In this document: positions 13,228 to 23,885 of the stretch, in pieces
Numbering within the stretch: position 1 is the stretch's first letter
How the letters are laid out: each line of letters starts with the position of its first letter
Assembly (NCBI RefSeq): GCF_004010195.1
Contig: NC_057718.1
Coordinates: 32,686,486 to 32,749,245 of the forward strand
Direction: 5' to 3'
Length of the DNA: 62,760 bases
Source of the DNA: Chiloscyllium plagiosum
Lineage: Eukaryota
Notes under the pieces: model-generated
What the model was told of the DNA's origin: nothing
Databases searched by the model: none
Seen by the model: only the letters and a program-made list of their open reading frames with translations
Program-made: the position numbers and the translations under genes

Positions 13228-13408
13228 CTGAAAACAAGTGTTGGAGATCACAGAGTCAGGCAGCATCCATGGAGAGAGCAAACTGTGAAGAGCCAACTAG
13301 ATCAAAACCTTAGTTTGCTCTCTCTCCACGAATGCCGTCTGATCTGCTGTTTTCTCCAGCATTTGTTATCTTCAGTACAGATTGCAGCATCTACAGTAAT
13401 TTGCTCCA
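13228..13408. mobile_element. Decayed Penelope-like short element with inverted arms (subfamily C-related)
   Basis: ggcagcatccatggagagagcaaact is the inverted copy of agtttgctctctctccacgaatgccgtc; ends gcatctacagtaatttgctcc. Confidence 0.5.
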
Positions 13409-14278
13409 GTAAAGGAAACAGTCATGCTCCTGGTTATAATGAAACTTTAGGTCATTGAATCTCAAAATTGTGAATGTTACAGCTGAAAACAGAAGTTGAT
13501 GCTGATGAAAAGGAAGATTAAGAGGGCAAGACAAAACAGGACATGGAAGACAAGAGTAAAAAGGCTGAAAATATAATTGCAGTGTAAAAGTTGAAAACAA
13601 AAATAAGAGACTCACACTCACTCTCATCATTGTTCATTTGGAAGAAGGTCACGTTGGAAATGTCAAACAGGATGATGCATCCTCTGACTTGCCATTGGTT
13701 GTACAATAGAAGAGAACAAAGTCTACCTTTTGAGAGGTTAATTAGTTTGAGAAAATCTGATTAATTCAGACTGTTTATTTGTAGTAGGGTCCAATAGAGT
13801 ACATCTGTCATTTAGGAAGTGTGAAGAAAACAATGTGGTCTTTGAGAAGGCAGATCAGGTGATAAAGTTAGACGTCATGTGGCTGATATCAAGGTGAATG
13901 GCATCAAAGTGCTAAGTACAGGCAGGGGACAAGTTGAAAAATTAGTCTCATGTTAGCGGAAAGAGCTATGAGGAATAACTTAGTAACTTGAGGATCATCA
14001 AGTTATAATATAAAATGTATACCCAAAAAGTTACTTCACGAGAGGGATCTAAAACTGGCATGTTCGCAGTGGGACTTGGTAAAAGACAGGACCCAGACTC
14101 AGTGTGATGACAGCAGACCCAGGACTGATACTGGGCAGGATGTTTATTTTCAGGGAGTGATCACGACAGCTGGAAAAGGCTGCCAGAACAAGCAATTGTT
14201 GCTGAACTCCATTAAAAAATGAGCTAGAACCAAAGGATGAAGGAGATTTGATATCCTGCAAGGATAAGATCAAATGTG

Positions 14279-14486
14279 AGCTGAAAATGTGTTGCTGGAA
14301 AAGCGCAGCAGGTCAGGCAGCATCAAAGGAACAGGAGAATCGACGTTTCGGGCATAAGCCTGAAGAAGGGCTTATGCCCGAAATGTCGATTCTCCTGTTC
14401 CCTGGATGCTGCCTGACCTGCTGCGCTTTTCCAGCAACACATTTTCAGCTCTGATCTCCAGTATCTGCAGCCCTCACTTTCTCCTC
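14279..14486 (+). mobile_element. Penelope-like short element, subfamily A, head-to-head palindrome with 14-bp TSD
   Basis: ~80-bp inverted arms; hammerhead-like CTGAAGA-A-GGGC-ttat-GCCC-GAAA-tg-TC at 14360-14387; TSD taag(a/g)tcaaatgtg at 14265-14278 and 14487-14500. Confidence 0.8.
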
Positions 14487-14635
14487 TAAGGTCAAATGTG
14501 TCAAGCCCCATTATGCAGTGAAGTTTTATTTAAACCACGGTCAACAGAGTTCTTATGTCAGTACTGCAAGGTTTGAAAGGTCAGAAATAATTTCATAATA
14601 TAAATGCCAGCAATAATACCAGAACTTTTTGCGCA

Positions 14636-15045
14636 AAGTTAAGAATCACACAACACCAGGTTATAGTCCATCGGTTTAATTGGAAGCACTAGCTTTCAGA
14701 GCGCTGCTCCTTCACCAGGTGGATGTGGAGTACACAATTGAGACAGAATTTATAGCAAAAGTTTACAGTGTGATATAACTGAAGTTATACATTGAAAAAT
14801 ACCTTGATTGTTTGTTAAGTCTGAGAGACTTAACAAACAATCAAGGTATTTTTCAATGTACAATTTCAGTTACATCACACTGTAAACTTTTGCTTTAAAT
14901 TCTGTGTCTTACAATTGCGTCCTCCACATCCACCTGATGAAGGAGCAGCGCTCTGAAAGCTAGTGCTTCCAATTAAACCTGTTGGACTATAACCTGATGT
15001 TGTGTGATTTTTAACTTAGTCCAACATCAGCATCTGCAAATCATG
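14636..15045 (+). mobile_element. Penelope-like element, subfamily B, ~380-bp palindrome
   Basis: Arms 14636-14822 and 14826-15017 are near-perfect reverse complements around a 3-nt loop (gag); each arm has a hammerhead-like motif. Confidence 0.8.
14931..14965 (+). ncRNA. Minimal type I hammerhead ribozyme motif
   Basis: CAC-CUGAUGA-A-GGAGC-agc-GCUCU-GAAA-GC-UA-GUG: stem I CAC/GUG, stem II closed by G-U, palindromic AGCU in place of helix III. Confidence 0.7.
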
Positions 15046-15546
15046 ACTACATTTTGTGCTTTCACATTATTCGGGGAGCAATTTTGACTTACGTGACTCA
15101 GTTAAAACTTCCTCAAAGCACAAAATGTAAGCACATTACAAAAGGTGGAAAAGAAGTATTCGTTATGAAACGGATATTTTCTATTATAAAATTCTAAAAT
15201 GGGCTCAGTTTTGTGATAAGAGCAATACAAGCTCATAGAGGAGCAGATAGAGGAAAACTGAGCACAACATAATGTCAGAGCAGAACAGGCTCAGTCCCCA
15301 TCCTTTCAAAGATCAGTTGAGCCACATGGTGTGACAGGTTCAACTACTCTGGGCTGGAGAAATCATGAGGAATGTTTTCTCCTTAATGCAATTGATTAAT
15401 CACTGCAGGATTAATCACTGCTCTTCTGTGATACCATCCTGATCAATAACAATTGTGGGGAAAAGTGAGGCGAAATCAGAAAGTTGTGATGCATTTTAAA
15501 AGGCCACCTAGTATCGAGTGAGTGCACATCCATAATCCATAATTTA

Positions 15547-15842
15547 GGGTGGCACTGTGGCTCAGTGGTTAGCATTTCTGCCTCACAGCACCAGGAACTG
15601 GGGTTCAAATCTACCCTCGGGCCATGTCTATGTGGAGTTTGCATATTCTCCCCATGTCTGCGTGGGTTTCCTCTGGGTGCTCCGGTTTTCTCCCATAATC
15701 CAAAGATATACAGATCAGGTAAATTGGCCATGCTAAATTGCCCAGAGTGTTAGGTGCATTAGATAGGGCTAAATGTAGGGGAATGGGTTTGGGTGGGTTA
15801 CTCTTCGGAGGTTCAGTGTGGACTTGGCGGGAATCTAATCTA
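15547..15842 (+). mobile_element. HE1-like V-SINE
   Basis: A box tggctcagtgg, B box ggttcaaatc, V-domain, tail ggaatctaatctaa. Confidence 0.9.
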
Positions 15843-16317
15843 AAACCCTGTTTTCATTAGGTCCAATTTGAATGCACAGTATGGTAGTAATATCAATCTA
15901 TTACCACTAGAGGGTCTCAGGCATCCATGTATTTCCTCCAATGTTTGAAAGTTTGTTCTGAAGTAGAGCGCACTACTTTAGTTGCTAGTCTTTAAAATGA
16001 TGATCTGGACATTCTTAAAGTTTATAACCAGGCAGTATATTGAACTAAAATACATTCAACAGTTCACATCTCCAGAGACACAAATAACAGGTCAAGTTTT
16101 TATACAACAAACAAACTTAACCTGAAAAACAAAGTCAAGGGGCCAAAACCCAAACATGCAGTGGATGCATTAATGGGCTGTTATACTGCAGAATGGCATG
16201 AGTGGTCCAATATTTTAATTTCCATGCTGTTATATTGCACTTCAAATAAATTTAATATTTTAATGTTTTCCACAACTGCACGGACTTTTAAGACATGTTT
16301 AACAATGAGCTTCAGGT

Positions 16318-16450
16318 GAGGAAACTGCCTTCCTTACCTGGTCTTGCCTACATGTGATACCAGACCCATTATGGTTAAGTCTTCACTGTTCTCTGGGCAA
16401 TTAGAATGGACAGTAAATGCTAGTTCTGCCCACATACCGTGAATAAATGT
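16318..16450 (+). mobile_element. tRNA-derived SINE, second family (3' half)
   Basis: gaggaaactgccttccttacctggtc...gggcaattagaatggacagtaaatgc; shares its 3' tail with the LINE at 12 and 20 kb. Confidence 0.55.
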
Positions 16451-16589
16451 TTTAAAAACTGTTAACATTCATGCCATTTTGCTGTCATCATGTAAATTAA
16501 AATCTAACAAATGTGATCATTCCTCTAATTAAGAAATGTGAAGTTTAACTTGAGCATGCTAGCCTTTCTGCATCCCCTACTGCCTATAA

Positions 16590-16730
16590 GTCATCATTCA
16601 GCTCATCCCTGTCAGTGGAATTGTGTGTGTGCAAAATGACAGACACAAAACTGTCCTTGATTTCCACATCAATCATTGGATTGAGTGCTCCCAGACATCT
16701 CTGAGAAACAAAAGCAGCTACATGAATCTT
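16590..16730 (+). mobile_element. Highly decayed DeuSINE (SacSINE1/AmnSINE1-like) 3' part
   Basis: gtcatcattcagct...gtggaattgtgtgtgtgcaaaatg...tcattggattgagtgct resembles the Deu-domain and tail; weak. Confidence 0.3.
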
Positions 16731-16734
16731 TATT

Positions 16735-16862
16735 AGGGCCCTGGTAGTGCAATGATAGGCCCCAACCTCTATAACTCTGGTCCAGGAGGCCCAGCTTCAA
16801 GTTCCACCTGCTCCAGAGATGTCAAATAATATTCTCTAGTCAACCTGTTCAGAGATATCTAT
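16735..16862 (+). mobile_element. Short tRNA-derived SINE (third family) with internal micro-inversion
   Basis: Matches 4155-4270 except that 16829-16856 is inverted. Confidence 0.65.
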
Positions 16863-19259
16863 AAATCATTATTTCTTCAAACTGCAGGACAAGCTGTTTT
16901 GAGCTTGGGAGCATTCAGGAGATCTGCTCCAGAGGGAGATCAGCAGGCAACTTACCCAGAAAATTAACATAGTTATTAACAAGAACATGAGGCAATGTGG
17001 GAGGACACAGCTATTGAATTCCATGTCCTTAAGCTTCCTGCTCCATGTTCATCCCTGCAACTGAAATCTTCAAGAACTTTATAAATTGTATCAGCACTGT
17101 CCACTAACTAAAAATGTGCTGTTTTTAAAACAGAACTTATGTTAAAAAAATTCCTGTCTTTATTGTTTCATAAACGAACTATAGTGTGATAATGCGCAAC
17201 ATTCCAATTAAAGTTCAATACAAAAGGGGTAAACCTCAGCACTTTTTTCTTTATTCTTTCATTGAATGTGGAAAATTGCTGGTGAGGGCAGCAATTGTTA
17301 CCCATTCCAAATCACCCCTGAACGATGTCACTTACTGCAGCCATTTCAGAAGTCAGTGAACAGTCAACCACATTGCAAAGGGTCCAGAGTTACACTTAGG
17401 CCTGACCAGGTAAGGACAGCAAGGCTGGGATTGATATCTTTAACAAAAGTTTGTTTGATATTGGCAGAAAAGATACTAAATAGCAATGGTTGATTTTCTA
17501 TCCAATGGCAGGTGTGCAGGAATTATTACTCCTCTCAAGAGTGGTTCAATTAGTGTGTCAGAATTATCTAACAAGGAGGTGACAATTGAAGAAATGTACT
17601 GGATTTTGTGAAACAGGCAAAGACTTTTTAAAAAATTTTGGATCCCCATACAAGTCACTCCTGATCAAAAGCTCTTCCTCGAGTATCCCAAAAAGGTTAT
17701 TATTAAAATGTACAGTTTAGGGGATTTCATCCGTCCACTCTGTTACACGTGTAGTTTTTAATAGCCTTTACCTCGGAGACATCAACCCTATCCAGTTCAG
17801 TGTTTAGAACAGGGTAACAAACTTACATTCGTTACAAGCTGGGTGTCACTTCTTCACCTGACTGGTAATCCAAAGCTCAAAGTTAAATCATTAAACTCTG
17901 TCCAGTAGATTCTCGACAGAGATTCAGACAAGTACTGGATGAAAGTTTTCTAACGTGGCTTTTTTTTTTGCCTTAGTTTGCAAAGCTGCTCACTATCTTT
18001 ATTGGGATGAAGGAGATTGGTCCAAACAGAACTAAGGAAGTGACTAGCAGGGGTAGATAGAACGATAGATCAGTCACTTCCTCCATCCTGATTAATGTCT
18101 GTAAAGATTTGAAACCAAAAAATTCAAAACCAAAACGGAGGCTGCAACGCCTCAGATACATTCAGGGCAGCTTGTGCGGCACACTCTGTCTGACAATGCG
18201 ACGTGCACACCCGAGGCATACAGAGTGGGCAGAGCAAAACATTAGAACAACTCCTAAAGCCAATTTGCCTTATAGAACTCATGGTTAACACTCTCTCTTA
18301 TTCACTCCCAACTAAACATATGTTCACTGTACCATGTCTCACTTGACCACCCCAACCCCTTTGCCATCTCCATGCCAACCTCCCAGTACCAACCTTCATC
18401 CTTGCCTTCCACTCTTTAAAGGATTAACCATCCAACTTACAGGCAGTACAATTGCAACTTACTTTTCTTTTTCCTCTGTGTAAAGCTAGAGTGAGTATTA
18501 TGTGTTATTGGAGGAGTTTTGCAAAACAATTGGAGGGAAGGGTGCGGGGGGAGGCTGATTTTCACTCGGGGGAGCCTGCAGTTGACCTTGCAGGATGACC
18601 CAGACAAGCTCTGGGCATTTTGGACCCAGGTTCAGGCCATACCTTCTTGGCATGGTTGGCAGCAGTCTGGAATGGCCGCCTGGCAGACAACAGCAGGGAA
18701 ACTATGGGAGTTGGCAGTGGGAGGAACACAAAAGGGCATCATCCTGACACAAGTCAGCAGCTTTATACACCTGCAGGGCCTGTGCCACTCCCCCAGAGGG
18801 TGGTAGTTTAGAACTCCTGGTAAATCTGTCAAAGGGTGGATTCTTTGACTCCTGCTTTGCCTCTTTGAACACCGAGATCTACAAGCATGGCCTCAGCACC
18901 AAGCATGGCTCTCTCGGCCTCAGCTGGAGATTCCACTGCAGTGCTGTGGTACATGGGAAGCGAAGGCACTACATTTTACTCATGGAGCTTGCTACCAGTT
19001 CCAGGTGGGAGGGGGTTGGCTCCAAGGTCTCATGAAATCCCATATAAATTTAGAGCTGGACTCCTCTGTGCTCTTTGCTGTTAATTAAGAAACATCATGA
19101 CCAAGAGCTGCAGTGTGCATGGCCTTCCATCTTCTTCTGTGCACTACCCCACCACAGTCAAAACTGAGTCCTCTCCAGCGGTCGGTTCACCCACTCCCCA
19201 CTCATCCACCTCCTCACCCAAAGCTAGCTGCTACCAACTGCCCTCTCTCTCAGACCAAG

Positions 19260-19750
19260 CATTGTCACAAGTCTGCTATTTCATGGTGGAGCATCTGTGT
19301 GTGGCCAGGCTGACAGCTTGGCTAACCTTCGGATAAAGTGCAAAGGTGGAGGGTGGTGGTATTATAAAGCAAGAGGTGCAAAGTCATGCCAGCTGCAGCT
19401 TGCAGCCCACCAAATGAGTTGGAGAGGAGGTGAGCTGTCATTCCAGGAGGGGTATGAAGCAGGAAAAGACAGATATCTGAACACACTGATTACTGTCGAA
19501 TGCAGTGGCCTCAATGACAGGGGACCTCGTGAAGTGCAGCACCGTCTGCTTTAGTTGGTGCAGGTGAACCTGTCCCTTCCAGCTGCCTGTGGTAACCAGT
19601 CAGAATGTCAGTGAGCACCTCACAATGTGTTGCCTGCTGGAGGCAGTTCTCATATGCGTGCAAGTATGGTGGAGGCTTGGAAATGTTAGGCCAGGGTCCT
19701 GATTGCTGTTCAGCAATGGGCTGTTGGGGGGCTGCTGAGCAGTGGTGTGC
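19260..19750 (-). mobile_element. Possible highly decayed Harbinger transposase remnant
   Basis: Minus-strand peptides NISK..., EVLTDIL and KQTVLHFTR are faintly reminiscent of HARBI1-type transposases; GC-richer block; weak. Confidence 0.25.
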
Positions 19751-19769
19751 GGTCATTGAATTTATAAGT

Positions 19770-20075
19770 GCACATACAAATTAGGTCCGTCAGCTCTTCA
19801 AGTCATCTGCATCATTCTGTAAGATCATGGTGGATCCGATTGTGAACTCCACCCACTCGTCCACCTACCCCTACACCTTTGACTCCTTTGCCAGTCAAGA
19901 ATCTATACAACTTCACATCAAAAATATTCAACAGCGCTGCCTCACTCCTCTCTGGAGATGGCAATTCCAGGCTCATAATCCTCAGAAAAGAAAATGTACC
20001 ATTTCTGTCTTAAATAGGAGACTCCTTCTTTTTAACCAGTGTCCCTTGGTTCTCTCCCACAGGGGGAAACCCTTT
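19770..20075 (-). mobile_element. CR1-type LINE 3' end
   Basis: taagatcatggtggatc...cctacacctttgactcc...ttccaggctcataatcctcaga is the reverse of a CR1 tail; similar to 31030-31300 and 43960-44240. Confidence 0.6.
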
Positions 20076-20079
20076 CACC

Positions 20080-20893
20080 CTGCAATTCTCTCCATCATTA
20101 GGTCAAAAGTGGGAATATTTGCTGATGATTTCACAATGTTCTCATACCCCATGCATGACTCCCCAGATACTGAAGTAATTGTTGTCCAGGAATAAGCATC
20201 TCCAACAAGAGAAAGTTTGACCATCACAACTTTCTGTTTGATAGTGGGGAATTCAGTGATGGAAATGCTATCAATATCTTGGGGTTTACCACTGACCATA
20301 TAAATACCATGGCTACAGGGCAGGTTAGAGGCTAGGAATTCTGCACAAATAACTCATCTCCTGATGCCCCAGTGTCTACATGGCACATCAGTAGTGGGAT
20401 GGAATACTCCCCACTTGCTAGATGAGTGCAGCTCCAACAAAACTCCAGAAGCTTGACACTGTCCAGGACAAAACAGCCTGTTTGACTGAGGTCAAATGCA
20501 TGACCTTCAAAACTCACTCCCTAACCAATGATGCAGTGTTGGCGGTTTGTACCATCTAAAAGATACACTGCAGTAACCCACCAAAGCTCCTCCAACATCT
20601 TCCAAATGCATGACCCCTCCTATCCAGTAGGACAAAGGCAGCAGATACGCAGGAAGACCACCACCAAAAAGGTTCCTTCCAAGCCACACACCATCATGAC
20701 TCAGAAATATATTGTTGGTTCTTCATTGTTGCTGGATTAAAATCCTGGAATTCCTTCCCTAACAGAGTGTACCTACTTCCCAAGGACGGCAGTGATTCAA
20801 GAAGGCAATTCATTATCACCTTCTCCAGGGCAACCTGGAAGAGACAATAAAACAGTGGCCTGCGACACCCCACATCCAATGAATAAATAAAAA
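20080..20893 (+). mobile_element. 3' part of second CR1/L2-clade LINE family with RT remnant
   Basis: Encodes SIIRSKVGIFADDFTMF (RT catalytic motif), followed by the family tail ending atgaataaataaaaa. Confidence 0.75.
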
Positions 20894-21303
20894 TCTGGTC
20901 AACTCCTCTCAGGATCTTACGTGTTCAATAAAATCTTCTCTCATTCCTCTAAACTACAAGAGCAACTTTTCTAAGTAAGATAAAACACCCGTAAAGTTTC
21001 CTTCTCCAATTGTGGCTCATGTTTCTCCTAGTCTCTTGCTCATACATGGCATCTTTCTTCTCCCCTACTTTTACTGTGCAAGCTTTAACAATACGTTCTG
21101 GGAGCCCTCTATCTTGCCTGTTATTACAATTGTTGTTCTTTTCCTTCCAGTCAAGTATTTCAGAGACAGGCTTATAGAAGCTGCTATTGCACGAGTAAAA
21201 TTCATCTTTAAGAGGAAGCAGGTTGCCTCTAAGAATTCGGAACTAGCTCTGCATCGTGCGAGCCATGCTTGCTGCAGCTGAGTAATAGACTGAAATCCCT
21301 TAC

Positions 21304-21435
21304 AGGAGAAAGTGAGGACTGCAGATGCTGGAGATCAGAGCTGAAAAATGTCTTGCTGGAAAAGCGCAGCAGGTCAGGCAGCATCCAAAAAGCATGAAAT
21401 TCGACGCTTCGGGCATAAGCCCTTCTTCAGGAATC
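21304..21435 (-). mobile_element. Penelope-like short element, subfamily A, single arm
   Basis: Minus strand attc-CTGAAGA-A-GGGC-ttat-GCCC-GAAG-cg-TC-gaat; stem I attc/gaat; one core substitution. Confidence 0.8.
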
Positions 21436-21662
21436 TAGATTGTTACTTGTCTCAAGGAGACCCTGTGCAACCACACCTTGTTCAATCATCCTACTCTGAA
21501 GTCTGCAGTTGTCTTTAGGAAAAGAGATAATGAAGATGTTTCAATACTTGTCCAATGATCAAATTTACATTGATAGGGAATAACAGCTGTGGAACACTGC
21601 TACTACAATCCCAACATCAAATAGATAGCGACATCCCTAACCAGACTGACCTGAGTCTGTCC

Positions 21663-21878
21663 AAGTTAAAAATCACACAACACCAGGTTATAGCCCAACA
21701 GGTTTAATTGGAAGCACTAGCTTTTGGAGCGACGCTCCTTCATCAGGTGGTAGTCACCTGATGAAGGAGCATCGCTCCGAAAGCTAGTGCTTCCAATTAA
21801 AACCTGTTAGACTATAACTTGGTGTTGTGTGATTTTTAACTTTGTACACCCAGTCCAACACCGGCATCTCCAAATCAT
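21663..21878 (+). mobile_element. Penelope-like short element, subfamily B, head-to-head palindrome
   Basis: Arms 21663-21749 and 21755-21842 around loop gtagt; terminal ccagtccaacaccggcatctccaaatcat. Confidence 0.85.
21755..21789 (+). ncRNA. Minimal type I hammerhead ribozyme motif (core intact)
   Basis: CAC-CUGAUGA-A-GGAGC-auc-GCUCC-GAAA-GC-UA-GUG; all core nucleotides present; predicted cleavage after 21786. Confidence 0.8.
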
Positions 21879-23687
21879 TATATTTCCAGATATGCTCACA
21901 ACATGCACCTGAACCATCTTCATATATGAATTCTCCATATTGTTTATAATGCTATCCTGTCAGTGTGGAAAGTGAATTTGGGGTTCTCAGCTTTATACTA
22001 GTCTCACCTCTCCCATAGCTCAATGATCAACCTGATATCTGCAAAATCCCTTTTTTTGTTGTCAGTTTTCCCCTCAGCCTAACTCGACTCGCTCCCATTT
22101 GCCATTGCTGAACACAACTGTTTTTCTCATTTTCATTTGAAGGCAGTGACTCAGTGTGATGTGGTTCCACAGCCATTTCCTGCATTCTTCATACGTGATC
22201 CTACACAATGAGCACTAACAGACTATTTGACTATGGAGTCATCGCAGCTGAAAATGAACCTCACCAACACACATAGGCTTTAAGCAAGAACCCCTCCCCC
22301 CCCCCCCACTCCCACGGGCTGCCAGCTGCTGTTTCCTGCTGCCTGCCTCAAAGATGGGATCTGACTGGATTCAGCCAGGAGGCAGAAAAAAAACACAGGG
22401 AATTCCTTCCCTAACAGGGTGTACCTACTTCCCAAGGACGGCAGTGATTCAAGAAGGCAATTCATTATCACCTTCTCCAGGGCAACCTGGAAGAGACAAT
22501 AAAACAGTGGCCTGCGACACCCCATATCCTATGAATAAATAAAAATCTGGTCAACTCCTCTCAGGATCTTACGTGTTCAATAAAATCATCTCTCATTCCT
22601 CTAAACTACAAGAGCAACTTTTCTAAGTAAGATAAAACACCCGTAAAGTTTCCTTCTCCAATTGTGGCTCATGTTTCTCCTGGTCTCTTGCTAATAGTTG
22701 GCATCTTTCTTCTCCCCTACTTTTACAGGGAGAAACAGTTATGATATTTCAGTTAGGTGTGGGCATTTTTCCTGCTTCATGTCTTAGGCACACAGCTCGC
22801 ACATCCCTTCCCCATTTCACTAACACTGGAACTTGGATTTTTAAAATGCGCAAACTCCAAAAAAGGTAAAAACTGGATAAAGTTAATGAGCAGAATCAGA
22901 AGAGTTAACCCGGAATGTATCCACAGTAAGAAAGAAGCACACATTGACAATAGATAATGTATTACGCTAGGTGGTCTCCTTTCACCTCTGAAAGTGATGT
23001 TTGATGCCAATTATGGATCTCCAAAGTTGATGACAGCCTTGGAACTGTAATGAGAATTGTAATAACCTTGGCATATCTCTGATCTGCTCACAGGAAACTT
23101 CTACACTTCAGTGTTGCATTTTGGCTGTAATGCAGCAGCAAGAACAGTTCGTGCTCAGGGATACACACCCAGCTCATAGACTGGTCCAGACTACATCTCT
23201 TGGCTTATTGCTTGCTGTTGTAGTGAACACTCACTCTGAACCTATCCTGTTGCTGATAAAAGCCAATGCAAGGCAGGGAGTCTCTGCTTTGCCCCCTCAG
23301 CCAGTGATACTGAGTTAATATTACTGCTGTCTTGCTGGGCCATTTAGTGCAGACACAGAGCCAGGAAACTTGTCATAGTTGTCAGCAGGCTTTCGTCACA
23401 AACTCTTCACTCCGAGCTTCCCGATACAATCAGTCAAGAGCAGCATCTGATATCAGTTCAGTCCCTGTCCAACGTGGTCAGAGTCAGGATCCTCTAAGAA
23501 GGAGCGAGCAAAATGATGGGCTGAACACAACCTTTCTTCAGGGGTTGGGGTGAGTGAGGGAGAGTGGGAAGATGTTGAGAGCAATAGTGAGGGAGATAGA
23601 GCATGAATCTTGGTGGGAGGTGGGTGCAGAAGAGATAGAGCGAGTGTGAGAGAAGATGATGCTGCCACTTTTGCTGGCAAGACCACC

Positions 23688-23885
23688 ACTGAACTTTTAC
23701 TTACAGGGCTGTGCATTTCTCCAAATGGCTGAGACTGGTTTAACCCTGGTGGAACCTTTCAGCAGGGTGGCATGGTCTGGTGTTGTACCCTCCACTGCTG
23801 GTCTTGGAGGAAGAGGGAGTCCCATCTGTACAGGAGGGACCCTTCTATGACCCTTCCCATAAAACATGGCACTAATTTCCCAGTC
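23688..23885 (-). mobile_element. Decayed Harbinger-type Myb/SANT (trihelix) ORF remnant
   Basis: Minus strand with one frameshift and stops: GKLVPCFMGRVIEGSLLYRWDSLFLQDQQWRVQHQTMPPC*KV/TRVKPVSAIWRNAQPCK*KFS, resembling the xPRF...LF...W.EVA.RV.AVS...R..QQCRKK pattern. Confidence 0.55.

Larger units (their letters stand above)
20747..22726. repeat. 328-bp direct duplication (20747-21074 and 22399-22726) bracketing 1.3 kb
   Basis: Direct comparison gives about 8 substitutions in 328 bp; the ORF track repeats GCRRPLFYCLFQVALEKVIMNC. Confidence 0.95.

Noticed and set aside
13024..13458. 144-aa ORF
   Set aside because: Non-ATG start, overlaps decayed repeats, no domain.
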